Of a DNA stretch of 34,880 bases, positions 1 through 8,580 are shown in pieces. The DNA is from Microbacteriaceae bacterium (GTDB lineage Bacteria > Actinomycetota > Actinomycetes > Actinomycetales > Microbacteriaceae), in the NCBI GenBank assembly GCA_044340895.1, contig JBIISS010000001.1, positions 1-34,880 on the forward strand. The letters run 5' to 3'. Position 1 is the stretch's first letter; each line of letters opens with the position of its first letter. Made by a program: the position numbers and the translations under genes. Below the pieces are notes generated by a model. That model searched no databases, had not been told where the DNA came from, and worked only from the letters and a program-made list of their open reading frames with translations.

Positions 1-800
1 GCCTGGGCAGGACGGATATCCAGCGTGAGTTCGTGCCCGTACAGCGGCATGCCCGCTTCGAGGCGAAGCGTGTCGCGGCAGGCGAGCCCGCACGGAACAA
101 TCCCGTGGCTTTCGCCGGCCTCGGCGAGCGCGGTCCACAGCGCGGCTGCGTGAGTGGCATCGATGTAGAGCTCGAATCCGTCTTCACCGGTGTATCCCGT
201 GCGCGCAATGAGAACGGGGTGACCTAAGAACACCGCGGGGAGCGTCCAGTAGTACTTGAGGTCGGCCAGAGTTTTCTGGGGGCGATCGGCTGCGGAGTCA
301 GAGAGCGTCAGCCCGACCGTCGATTCCAACACGGCGAGCGCCGACGGGCCTTGCACCGCAGTCATGGCGGTTTCGTCCGACTGGTCGATGACGTCAGCCG
401 AGAAGCCGGCGACGCGAGCCTTCAGCGCATCAACGGCGGCAAAGCGGTTGCCGGCGTTCGCAACGACGAGCCAGTGCTCATCTCCCAGACGGTAGATGAT
501 GAGGTCGTCGATGACCGTGCCGGCTTCGGTGAGCAACAGCGTGTACTTGGCCTGCCCGAGAGCCAGGGCCGACATCTTTCCGGCGACGGCGAAGTCAAGA
601 AACTCCCCCGCCTGCGGGCCGGTGATAGAGATCTCGGCCATGTGCGAGATGTCGAAGATGCCGACTCGTTCACGCACAGCGTGGTGCTCGGCCAAGTCGC
701 TGTCGTAGCGAACGGGCATCTGCCAGCCAGCGAAGTCAGTGAAGCTCGCGCCCAAACCGACGTGCAGGTCGTGAAGCGGTGAATATCGGGCGTCGGTCAT
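1..800 (-). CDS. gcvT: Glycine cleavage system T protein (aminomethyltransferase); the C-terminal part runs off the left edge
   Basis: Not in the ORF track because it is truncated. ATG at 800-798 (rc), with GGAGGA at 804-809 (rc). My translation reads MTDARYSPLHDLHVGLGASFTDFAGWQMPVRY...RERVGIFDISHMAEISITG...ARTGYTGEDGFELY...RDTLRLEAGMPLYGHEL, a textbook GcvT. Confidence 0.9.
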   Translation of the reverse strand, partial: MTDARYSPLHDLHVGLGASFTDFAGWQMPVRYDSDLAEHHAVRERVGIFDISHMAEISITGPQAGEFLDFAVAGKMSALALGQAKYTLLLTEAGTVIDDLIIYRLGDEHWLVVANAGNRFAAVDALKARVAGFSADVIDQSDETAMTAVQGPSALAVLESTVGLTLSDSAADRPQKTLADLKYYWTLPAVFLGHPVLIARTGYTGEDGFELYIDATHAAALWTALAEAGESHGIVPCGLACRDTLRLEAGMPLYGHELTLDIRPAQ

Positions 801-837
801 GAGTCCTCCGTAGTCGTGCGGGGCACGAGTCTCAAAA

Positions 838-1027
838 AGAACTCCCCCTCTGTCATTTGTGCCTGAGAGTTTCGTGCGCGTTGTGCGACTTTCACCGTGG
901 GCGAGACGCCTGAGTGCGGCGCCTTCTTTTCAGAGTGGCCAGTTCGACGCGGTTTAGATACCTGAGAGATTGTCGGGGAGGATTGCTCCTTCGGTGCTGG
1001 CTCGAAGCTCGCCAGCTCTCCCGCGTC
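838..1027 (-). promoter_or_regulatory. Glycine riboswitch (tandem architecture) in the gcvT leader
   Basis: Aptamer 1 on the minus strand reads GCGGGAGAG..CAGCACCGAAGGAGCAATCC..ATCTCTCAGGTATCTAAACCGC. Aptamer 2 reads CACTCTGAAAAG...GAAACTCTCAGGCACAAATGACAGAGGGG. The conserved GGAGAG / CACCGAAGGAGCAA / CUCUCAGGCA..GACAGAG blocks and the P1 pairings (GCGG/CCGC, CTCTG/CAGAG) are visible. It lies directly upstream of gcvT, its classic target. Confidence 0.8.
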
Positions 1028-1069
1028 GACCGTGTGGCCCGATATGAACTTGTGTCACCAGCATAACGA

Positions 1070-1119
1070 CGGATGCCCGCCACTCCCATCATGTTTGTGT
1101 GAGTTGCGGCGGGCATCCG
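1070..1119 (-). terminator. Strong hairpin after the permease gene (candidate terminator insulating the gcvT leader)
   Basis: Perfect 12-bp inverted repeat: CGGATGCCCGCC (1070-1081) pairs with GGCGGGCATCCG (1108-1119). It extends by ACTC/GAGT after a 3-nt bulge. It starts 15 nt after the permease stop (1134). The T-tract is poor, as is common in actinobacteria. Confidence 0.5.
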
Positions 1120-1133
1120 GGCGAAATGTTTCG

Positions 1134-2690
1134 CTAGTCGGCAGTGTGTGCCCGACGCTCGAGTGTCTTGCCCTTGAAGAACTCGCTGTTCACGATGTTC
1201 CACCAGATCATCAAGACGAATCCCACTGCAATTGCCATGAGTCCGACGGCACCGACGGCACCGAGGCCGAAGATGGTGACGTTGTTTCCGTCTGCGTCGA
1301 CCAGCCAATCGGGCAACAAGAACTGCTGCAGACCGTAGGCGAAGACGACGGCCATGGTGATGCCACCCGCCAAAGGAATCAGCCCGCGCATGAAGAAGTT
1401 GCGTGCGCTGCGCGTGAGTGTCTTGCGGAAGAACCACGCGGCCGCGAATCCGGTCAGACCGTAGTAGACCGCGATGAGCAGACCCAGCGCACCGATGAGT
1501 GCGATGAGCAGGTTCGGGCTAATCAGGGTGAACAAGAGGTAGAACCCGGCCGAGGCGATTCCCATACCCCAGGTTGACCACGTGGGGGTGAGGAACTTCG
1601 GGTGAATCGTGGCAAAGCTTTTCGGCAGTGCCTTGAACGACGCCATTGACAGTGCCCCGCGAGCCGTCGGCAAAATTGTCGTCTGCGTGCAGGCGGCAGC
1701 CGACGTCAAGATCGACGCGGCGAGGAGCAACATCATGATCTGGCCAAGAACGCTGTCACCAAAGAGTGCCGGTCCAATCGCGGCGAAGATGTCGTCGGCG
1801 TTTTCTGGGTTACCCAAGCCAATTCCCGTTTCGCCCACTCCCGCGAAGGCAACAGCTCCCACGGTGACGAGAAGGTACGTGACAACCAGCAGGAGCGTGC
1901 TGAGGATTGCCGCGCGACCGGGCGTCTTGCTGGGGTTGGACGTCTCTTCGTTGATGGCAACCGCGGTATCCCATCCCCAATAGATGAAGAGAGCGGTGAG
2001 CACTGCGGGAGCGATTGCGGTACTGAAGTCGAGAGTGAACGGGTTGAACCAGCTCAACTCGGGAAGCGTGCTTCCGTCGACACCATTGCCCGAGTAGACG
2101 CGTCCGAGTGCGACGACGGCGAAGGCAACCAGAACAACAAGCTCGACGGCGAGCAACCAGTACTGCAACCGTGCCGAAATCTCGATGCCACGGTAGCTGA
2201 TCCAGGTCATCAGCACGATCCAGATGAGCCCCGCAACTGTTGACCAGACAACATCGGACGACAACGCAACAATGTCCGGGTTACCGACGATGCCACCCAC
2301 GAACGTGAACGAGTACGACCCGGCAATCTGCGCGAGGTTCGCCATGACGATAATGTCGGCGGCGATCAGCGCCCAACCACCCATCCATCCCGTGCGCGAG
2401 CCGAATGCGCGCGCGGACCACGTGAACACCGTTCCGCAGTCTGGCTCGACGCGGTTGAGTTCTTTGTACGCGATCGAGATGAAGAACATCGGGATGAACG
2501 CCAGGATGATGATGCCAGGTGCTTGGAACCCGACGAGCGCCTCACCACCGAGAACGATGAAGCCGAGCGCGGCTGCCAGCGAATAGGCAGGGGCTGTCGA
2601 TGAAAGACCGATGACGGTGCTCGACATGAGCCCGAGCGCCCCGGTCTTGAGGCCTTTCTTGCCGGCCATTGTGGATGTCGACGTTGACAT
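1134..2690 (-). CDS. APC-superfamily amino-acid permease
   Basis: 518-aa ORF that is hydrophobic throughout (about 12 TM segments). The N-terminus ..GLMSSTVIGLSSTAPAYSLAAALGFIV.. and overall pattern are typical of APC permeases. The substrate cannot be inferred. Confidence 0.8.
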   Translation of the reverse strand: MSTSTSTMAGKKGLKTGALGLMSSTVIGLSSTAPAYSLAAALGFIVLGGEALVGFQAPGIIILAFIPMFFISIAYKELNRVEPDCGTVFTWSARAFGSRTGWMGGWALIAADIIVMANLAQIAGSYSFTFVGGIVGNPDIVALSSDVVWSTVAGLIWIVLMTWISYRGIEISARLQYWLLAVELVVLVAFAVVALGRVYSGNGVDGSTLPELSWFNPFTLDFSTAIAPAVLTALFIYWGWDTAVAINEETSNPSKTPGRAAILSTLLLVVTYLLVTVGAVAFAGVGETGIGLGNPENADDIFAAIGPALFGDSVLGQIMMLLLAASILTSAAACTQTTILPTARGALSMASFKALPKSFATIHPKFLTPTWSTWGMGIASAGFYLLFTLISPNLLIALIGALGLLIAVYYGLTGFAAAWFFRKTLTRSARNFFMRGLIPLAGGITMAVVFAYGLQQFLLPDWLVDADGNNVTIFGLGAVGAVGLMAIAVGFVLMIWWNIVNSEFFKGKTLERRAHTAD

Positions 2691-2797
2691 GGGTGTCGTC
2701 TCACTTTCCGTTCGAGAACTTACCTGCCTACTTAACCCCTTTGACGGGCTCTTGTCACCTGTTTTTTTGCGAATTTGTTCGTGACCTAACGCAACGG

Positions 2798-2819
2798 TGA
2801 CGTAATGGTGTTTGCGTCA
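2798..2819. promoter_or_regulatory. 22-bp imperfect palindrome TGACGtAA-N6-TTgCGTCA in the permease/nrtR divergent region
   Basis: 7 of 9 outer positions are symmetric. It belongs to a cluster of GTGAC/GTCAC half-sites (2754-2758, 2781-2785, 2797-2801, 2822-2826, 2849-2853). Confidence 0.3.
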
Positions 2820-2820
2820 T

Positions 2821-2854
2821 TGTGACACTAAGATAACTCTTACTTAGAGTCACA
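2821..2854. promoter_or_regulatory. 34-bp palindrome, candidate NrtR operator overlapping the nrtR-nad promoter
   Basis: The arms TGTGACACTAAG (2821-2832) and CTTAGAGTCACA (2843-2854) match at 11 of 12 positions, with a 10-bp spacer. It ends 26-32 bp upstream of the nrtR start. It contains -10-like TAAGAT (2829-2834). Confidence 0.5.
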
Positions 2855-2879
2855 AATACTTTTACGAGCACATCGGGAG

Positions 2880-3542
2880 GTGATTATGCCCACACAGGTT
2901 TCGACTCCGTCGCTCGCCGTGTCAACGGTCATCTTCACCCTGCAACCCAACGATGAGGGTGTGCTCGAGTTGCGCATCCCGCTCGTTCGTCGCATTCGCG
3001 AACCCTATGCCGACATGTGGGCGTTGCCCGGTGGCCCACTCGATGCACAAGAAGACTTGGCCGCATCTGCGAGCCGAACCCTGCGCGAAACAACGGCGCT
3101 CGAGCCGCGCTATCTCGAACAGCTCTACGCGTTCGGCGACCCCGAGCGTTCACCGGGCGAGCGAGTCGTTTCGATCGTCTACTGGGCGCTCGTTGGTGGC
3201 GACGAAGCGGGCCAGGCGCTCACGAGCGAGAACGTGGCGTGGTTCGCAGCCGATGACGTGCCCACGCTTGCGTTCGACCACAACGCCATCGTCGACTACG
3301 CGCTCTGGCGCTTGCGCACAAAACTCGAATACAGCCGCATCGCGCATGGATTCTTAGGGCCCACGTTCACGCTCGCCGAACTGCGCGAGGTGTACGAAGT
3401 CATTCTGCAACGGCCGATTGACCCCGGAAACTTTCGGCGCACAATCGAATCGTCGCGAGCAATTGTTCCCACCGGCGAGCGCGTGAAGGGCACGCGCCAC
3501 CGACCGCCCCAGCTGTACCGATACAACGAGGAATCCGCATGA
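2880..3542 (+). CDS. nrtR: NrtR-family transcriptional regulator (Nudix-related, NAD metabolism)
   Basis: The ORF opens at GTG 2880, but GGGAGG at 2875-2880 favours ATG 2886. The N-terminal Nudix fold has a degenerate box, GPLDAQEDLAASASRTLRETTAL (REUxEE becomes RTLRET). The C-terminal winged-helix part reads FTLAELREVYEVILQRPIDPGNFRR. The stop overlaps the nadA start (ATGA 3539-3542). Confidence 0.8.
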   Translation: MIMPTQVSTPSLAVSTVIFTLQPNDEGVLELRIPLVRRIREPYADMWALPGGPLDAQEDLAASASRTLRETTALEPRYLEQLYAFGDPERSPGERVVSIVYWALVGGDEAGQALTSENVAWFAADDVPTLAFDHNAIVDYALWRLRTKLEYSRIAHGFLGPTFTLAELREVYEVILQRPIDPGNFRRTIESSRAIVPTGERVKGTRHRPPQLYRYNEESA

Positions 3543-4837
3543 GCACCGCATCTGTGAACGACCGTATTCAGCTGATTGTGAATGGGCAGTCCGACGAAGA
3601 AACGTGTAGTCCGTCGCTCGCGAAGGGGCCGTGGGAGTTCGATACGAGTGTTCCCGCGTATGGCCCGGGAGCCTCGATGGGAGACGTGATTCCGACCGGT
3701 TCGCCCGTGCAGGGTGGACTACCCCAGGAGTACAAGGTTGCGTCGAACGAAGAGTTGCACGAGCGCATCCGCGTGGCAAAAGAAACTCTGGGCGACAAGC
3801 TCGTCATTCTCGGACACTTCTATCAGCGCGATGAAGTCGTGCAGCACGCGGACTACCTCGGCGACTCGTTTCAGCTCGCACGCGCCGCGGCCGATCGACC
3901 CGAAGCCGACTACATCGTTTTCTGTGGTGTTCACTTCATGGCCGAGACCGCCGATATCTTGTCGCGCCCCGAACAACAGGTGATTTTGCCGAACCTGGCC
4001 GCCGGATGCTCGATGGCCGACATGGCAGACATCGAGTCGGTCACCGCATGCTGGAACGAGCTCGGCGCTCTCTATGGATTCGACCCTTCTGCGCCCCCGA
4101 CTCCCGACGCGTCGGGAAAGGTGCCAGTGATTCCCGTGACCTACATGAACTCATCGGCCGCGCTCAAAGGTTTCTGCGGAGAAAACGGTGGCATTGTCTG
4201 CACCTCGTCGAACGCCGCCATTGTGCTCGAGTGGGCGTTCGCGCGAGCACACCGCGTGCTGTTTTTTCCTGACCAGCACCTCGGCCGCAACACCGCGAAA
4301 GCGATGGGCATCTCCGTTGATGACATGCCGCTCTGGCACGGTCGTCGTGAGCTCGGCGGAAACAGTGCAGAGCAACTCGAGTCGGCGAAGGTCATCTTGT
4401 GGAACGGCTTCTGCTCGGTGCACAAACGCTTCACCGTCGACCAAATCGAGAAGGCACGCGTTGACTTCCCGGGCGTGCGCGTGATTGTGCACCCGGAGTG
4501 CCCGATGCCGGTTGTCGATGCGGCCGATGAATCCGGGTCGACGGACTACATTCGCAAAGCCGTTGAGGGCGCGAGCGAGCCGACAACGTTCGCCATCGGC
4601 ACCGAAATCAATATGGTGCAACGACTCGCGGCCCAGCATCCCGAACACACCATCTTCTGTCTCGACCCGGTCGTGTGCCCCTGCTCGACGATGTATCGCA
4701 TTCACCCCGGCTACCTCGCCTGGGTGCTCGAGCGACTCGTCGCAGGCGAGGTCGTCAATCAGATCAGCGTGTCGGCAGATGTTGCCGAACCAGCACGCGT
4801 CGCTCTCGAGCGCATGCTCGCAGCGAAGCCCGTCTAG
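3539..4837 (+). CDS. nadA: Quinolinate synthase
   Basis: 432 aa with motifs ILGHFYQRDEVVQHADYLGDSFQLAR, VFCGVHFMAETADIL, VHPECP and VCPCSTMY. It is the long actinobacterial form with an N-terminal extension. Confidence 0.93.
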   Translation: MSTASVNDRIQLIVNGQSDEETCSPSLAKGPWEFDTSVPAYGPGASMGDVIPTGSPVQGGLPQEYKVASNEELHERIRVAKETLGDKLVILGHFYQRDEVVQHADYLGDSFQLARAAADRPEADYIVFCGVHFMAETADILSRPEQQVILPNLAAGCSMADMADIESVTACWNELGALYGFDPSAPPTPDASGKVPVIPVTYMNSSAALKGFCGENGGIVCTSSNAAIVLEWAFARAHRVLFFPDQHLGRNTAKAMGISVDDMPLWHGRRELGGNSAEQLESAKVILWNGFCSVHKRFTVDQIEKARVDFPGVRVIVHPECPMPVVDAADESGSTDYIRKAVEGASEPTTFAIGTEINMVQRLAAQHPEHTIFCLDPVVCPCSTMYRIHPGYLAWVLERLVAGEVVNQISVSADVAEPARVALERMLAAKPV

Positions 4838-4849
4838 GCGGCGAGATTC

Positions 4850-6472
4850 ATGAAACACGTCGTCGTCATCGGGAGTGGAATCGCCGGGCTCATTGCCGCG
4901 GTCGAAGCCGCGCGCACGTCTCGCGTGACCCTGCTCACCAAGTCGACGCTCGGCGAGAGCAACACGCACTACGCGCAAGGGGGCATCGCGGCGGTGACGT
5001 CGACTGACGACAGCATCGCGTCGCACGTGACCGACACGCTCGACGCGGGCAACGGACTCTGCTGGCCGCCCGCCGTCGACGTGCTGTGTGCCGAGGGGCC
5101 CCAGCGCATTAACGACCTCGTGTCATTTGGCGTGAACTTCGACCGGGCCTCCGGAGGCGACTCTGGCGACTTTGCTCGCGGCCTCGAAGCGGCTCACTCC
5201 CACGCGCGAATTTTGCACGCGGGCGGCGACGCAACCGGCGCGGGCATCAGCGCGGCACTCGTCGCCGCGGTCAAAGCCAACGTGGCCGACATTCGCGAAT
5301 ACGACTTCGTTGCCGACATCGTGACTCACACGCACGAAAGCGGGCGGAACACCGTCACCGGCGTGACCGTGCTGACATCGGCCGGCCCCGAAACCATCGA
5401 GGCCGACGCGGTGATTCTCGCCAGCGGCGGTGCGGGTCAGTTGTACCGACACACGACCAACCCAGCCGTAACAACCGGCGACGGCGTCGCCCTCGCGTTT
5501 CGCGCCGGGGCCGTACTCTCCGATGTCGAGTTCTATCAGTTTCACCCGACCGCCCTGGCCGTGCCAGGGTCGTTCTTGATCTCTGAAGCTGTGCGCGGCG
5601 AGGGGGCCGTACTGGTGAACTCCGCGGGTGAACGATTCATGACAAAAGTGGATCCGCGCGCCGAGCTCGCACCGCGTGACATCGTGGCCCGCTCCATCCA
5701 GCGCGAGATGATGGCGCAAGGCGGGGTGCCAGTGCTGCTCGACGCCACGGCACTCGGCGCCGACTTTCTCGCGAAACGTTTTCCGAGCATCAACGCTGCC
5801 TGCGCCCGCTACGGTCTCGACTGGGCGCGCACACCGATTCCGGTCACGCCCGCCGCGCACTACTGGATGGGTGGCGTGGCAACCGACACGTTCGGCCGCT
5901 CGTCGGTCGAGGGACTATTCGCCGTGGGTGAAGTCGCCTGCACCGGAACGCACGGGGCCAACCGTCTGGCATCGAACTCGTTGCTCGAATCGGTCGTGTT
6001 TTCTCACCGCGCCGTTGCGGCACTCGACGAGCCGTGGCCGGTTGATCCTCCGTCGGTGCGCTGGGCAGACCAGCCACCGCTGGCACACCTGCGCATTCAG
6101 GAACCGGGATTCGAACGCGCGGGCGAAGCAGGAACCAGCGCAGTTAACCACATCTCGCAAACGGCAAAGAAACCCGACGTCATTGACCGAATCGAACTGC
6201 AAACCATGATGTGGGACAACGTCGGCCTGGCGCGTGACGCCGCCGGACTCGAATCGGCTCGCGCACGCATCGCCGGCTGGCGCGCGGCGCCTGTTGCAAA
6301 CCGTCTGTTTCCCGACCGGGAAGACGCCAACCTCTTGCTCCTCGCCAGTGCGGTCACGGAAGCCGCCCTTGCCCGCGAAGAATCGCGTGGCGCGCACTAC
6401 CGACTCGACTTCCCCGACACCATGCCCGGCTCGGCTCGACCGATCGTGCTCATTGAGAAAGGCGACTCATGA
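4850..6472 (+). CDS. nadB: L-aspartate oxidase
   Basis: 540 aa. It has the FAD fold VVVIGSGIAGLIAA, then HYAQGGIAA, FYQFHPT and ACTGTHGANRLASNSLLE, and the C-terminal motif ESRGAHYRLDFP. Confidence 0.93.
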   Translation: MKHVVVIGSGIAGLIAAVEAARTSRVTLLTKSTLGESNTHYAQGGIAAVTSTDDSIASHVTDTLDAGNGLCWPPAVDVLCAEGPQRINDLVSFGVNFDRASGGDSGDFARGLEAAHSHARILHAGGDATGAGISAALVAAVKANVADIREYDFVADIVTHTHESGRNTVTGVTVLTSAGPETIEADAVILASGGAGQLYRHTTNPAVTTGDGVALAFRAGAVLSDVEFYQFHPTALAVPGSFLISEAVRGEGAVLVNSAGERFMTKVDPRAELAPRDIVARSIQREMMAQGGVPVLLDATALGADFLAKRFPSINAACARYGLDWARTPIPVTPAAHYWMGGVATDTFGRSSVEGLFAVGEVACTGTHGANRLASNSLLESVVFSHRAVAALDEPWPVDPPSVRWADQPPLAHLRIQEPGFERAGEAGTSAVNHISQTAKKPDVIDRIELQTMMWDNVGLARDAAGLESARARIAGWRAAPVANRLFPDREDANLLLLASAVTEAALAREESRGAHYRLDFPDTMPGSARPIVLIEKGDS

Positions 6473-7329
6473 TCGATCAAACGATTGTTGACGAGGTGGT
6501 TGCGGCCGCCCTGCGCGAAGACGCTCCGTGGGGAGACGTCACGAGTGAGTACCTCATTCCGGTCGACGCGACCGCGGTGGCAACCCTGACTGCTCGCGAG
6601 CCAGGCGTGTTCGCGGGCGCAGCTGCGTTTGAGGCAGCCTTCACGTTGACCGACCCTCGCGTGCACGTTGAGTGGGAGGTTCGTGAGGGTGCGCGATTCG
6701 TCGCGGGCGACGTTCTTGCACGGGTGAGCGGACCAGCGCGGGCAGTGTTGACCGGCGAACGCATCGGACTGAACTTTGCCCAGCGCATGTCGGGCATCGC
6801 CACACTCACGGCCGAATACGTAGAGCTCATCGCCGGCACAAAAGCAGTCATTGCCGACACCCGTAAAACCACGCCAGGCCTTCGCGCATTCGAACGTCAC
6901 GCTGTGGTGTGCGGCGGCGGGCGAAATCACCGCTTCAGCCTCTCCGACGCGGTGATGGCAAAAGACAATCACCTGGCCGTGCTCACCGCAGGTGGCAAAG
7001 ACCTGACCACCGAACTCGCCCGCGTTCGCGCTGAACTCCCACACACCATGAAACTAGAAGTCGAGGTTGACCGCCTCGACCAGATTGAGCCCGTGCTCGC
7101 CGCCGGCATCGACATCATCATGCTCGACAATTTCTCGCTCGCTGATTTGATCACGGGCGTCACACAAGTTGCCGGTCGCGCAATTGTCGAAGCAAGCGGG
7201 GGCGTGAACCGCGAGACCGTGCGCGCCATCGCAGAAACCGGGGTCGACGTGATCTCGATTGGTGCCCTCACGCACAGCGCGCGTGCCCTCGACCTCGGCC
7301 TCGACGTCGTCATCACGCCCGGAGTATAG
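6469..7329 (+). CDS. nadC: Nicotinate-nucleotide pyrophosphorylase (carboxylating)
   Basis: 286 aa with ERIGLNFAQRMSGIAT, DTRKTTPGLR, AVMAKDNH and IMLDNF. The start overlaps the nadB stop (ATGA 6469-6472). Confidence 0.92.
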   Translation: MIDQTIVDEVVAAALREDAPWGDVTSEYLIPVDATAVATLTAREPGVFAGAAAFEAAFTLTDPRVHVEWEVREGARFVAGDVLARVSGPARAVLTGERIGLNFAQRMSGIATLTAEYVELIAGTKAVIADTRKTTPGLRAFERHAVVCGGGRNHRFSLSDAVMAKDNHLAVLTAGGKDLTTELARVRAELPHTMKLEVEVDRLDQIEPVLAAGIDIIMLDNFSLADLITGVTQVAGRAIVEASGGVNRETVRAIAETGVDVISIGALTHSARALDLGLDVVITPGV

Positions 7330-7350
7330 CGAGCGCGACGCCTGACGCCC

Positions 7351-8553
7351 ATGATCTATCTCGACCACGCCGCCACGACACCCGTTTTCCCGGGGGCACT
7401 AGAAGCCGCCTGGCCGTGGCTCACCTCAGAATTCGGCAACCCGAGCAGCACGCATGAGCTCGGCGGGCGCGCATCCACAGCGTTGGCGGATGCGCGACGC
7501 ACCGTCGCCACCTGGCTCGACGTCTCGGCGCACGAAGTGGTCTTCACCTCGGGCGGCACCGAAGGCGACAACCTGTGCGTGGTGGGTCTTGCGCTCGCCA
7601 ACCCGCGCGGCAAACACATCGTCTCGGCGCGCACCGAGCACGAAGCGGTTCTGCAGTCAATCGACTATCTGCAGCGCATCCACGGGTTCGAGGTCACCTG
7701 GTTAGCCGTCGATGAGACCGGCGCGATTGACTTGGCCCAACTTGACCCGGCGAATGAGGCGAGCGCACTGCGCCCCGACACCACGCTCGTGACACTGATG
7801 GTTGCCAACAACGAAATCGGCACGATTCATCCGATTGCCGAGATTGCCGAGCGAGCGCATGCTGTCGGCGCACTGATGCACACCGACGCCGTGCAAGCCG
7901 CCGCGTGGCTCGACATTCGCCCCACGGTGGCTGGCTCGTACACGTTTGGCGTGGATGCGCTGACAATATCTGGGCACAAACTCGGCGCACCCAAAGGCTC
8001 AGGTGCGGTGTACCTGCGCGCCGGTCTTGCCGTCGAACCGACGATGCACGGCGGTGGTCAAGAGGATGCTCGCCGATCGGGCACAGAAAACATTGCCTGG
8101 GCAGTTGCGCTGGCAACCGCAATCGAACGCACCGTTCCGCGCGGCGCCGAACTGACCGCCGAGGCCGCTCGCGTTTCCGGGCTCACCACGACGTTCATTC
8201 AGGAGGTGCTTGCCGGGGTTCCCGAGGCTCGGCTCATGGGCGCGCGCGCATCCGACCCGACTCGCCTGCCGTCGATTGCCTCGTTCGTCTTCGATGGGCT
8301 CAACGGCGAGACGATTCTGCTCGAACTTGAAGAGCGTGGCGTGGTTGTCTCTAGCGGTGCCGCATGTGCGGCCGGCAAAGACGAACCGTCACACGTGTTG
8401 CGTGCATGCGGATTCTCTGATGACACCGCACGAACACAGGTTCGGTTTAGCCTCGCCCACACCACGACTGCCGACGACGTTGCGGATGCAGCTCGAGCAA
8501 CCATCGCAGCGACGGCGTCCGTGCGAAATCTTCGCCCGGGCGCGAACGCGTAG
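7351..8553 (+). CDS. Cysteine desulfurase (NifS/IscS-like, class V aminotransferase), last gene of the NAD operon
   Basis: 400 aa. It has the PLP-lysine motif SGHKLGAPKGSGAVYLR and the active-site loop VSSGAACAAG. Its position matches the desulfurase linked to nadA in Corynebacterium (nadS) and Bacillus (nifS). Confidence 0.88.
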   Translation: MIYLDHAATTPVFPGALEAAWPWLTSEFGNPSSTHELGGRASTALADARRTVATWLDVSAHEVVFTSGGTEGDNLCVVGLALANPRGKHIVSARTEHEAVLQSIDYLQRIHGFEVTWLAVDETGAIDLAQLDPANEASALRPDTTLVTLMVANNEIGTIHPIAEIAERAHAVGALMHTDAVQAAAWLDIRPTVAGSYTFGVDALTISGHKLGAPKGSGAVYLRAGLAVEPTMHGGGQEDARRSGTENIAWAVALATAIERTVPRGAELTAEAARVSGLTTTFIQEVLAGVPEARLMGARASDPTRLPSIASFVFDGLNGETILLELEERGVVVSSGAACAAGKDEPSHVLRACGFSDDTARTQVRFSLAHTTTADDVADAARATIAATASVRNLRPGANA

Positions 8554-8580
8554 ACTCGAAGAACCCCCAAGGAGGTTCCC

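Noticed and set aside
892-1577. ORFs 892-1437 (-) and 1032-1577 (+), which cover the gcvT leader and the permease 3' end
   Set aside because: They overlap the glycine riboswitch, the terminator hairpin and the permease coding frame. Nothing supports them as coding.
4151-5026. Long antisense or alternative-frame ORFs opposite well-supported genes. Examples are 4151-5026, 5123-5860, 6397-7044, 9028-10092, 23919-24734, 28023-28742, 31830-32660, 32693-33559 and 33626-34324.
   Set aside because: Each lies entirely within, or opposite, a gene with unmistakable family motifs. The translations are Arg/Gly/His-rich and motif-free. These are high-GC frame artefacts.
6095-6120. tRNA T-loop-like string (rc GCGCGTTCGAATCCCGG)
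   Set aside because: The flanks do not form a T-stem (GCGCG cannot pair with CCCGG). There is no acceptor or anticodon arm, and it lies inside the well-supported nadB reading frame.
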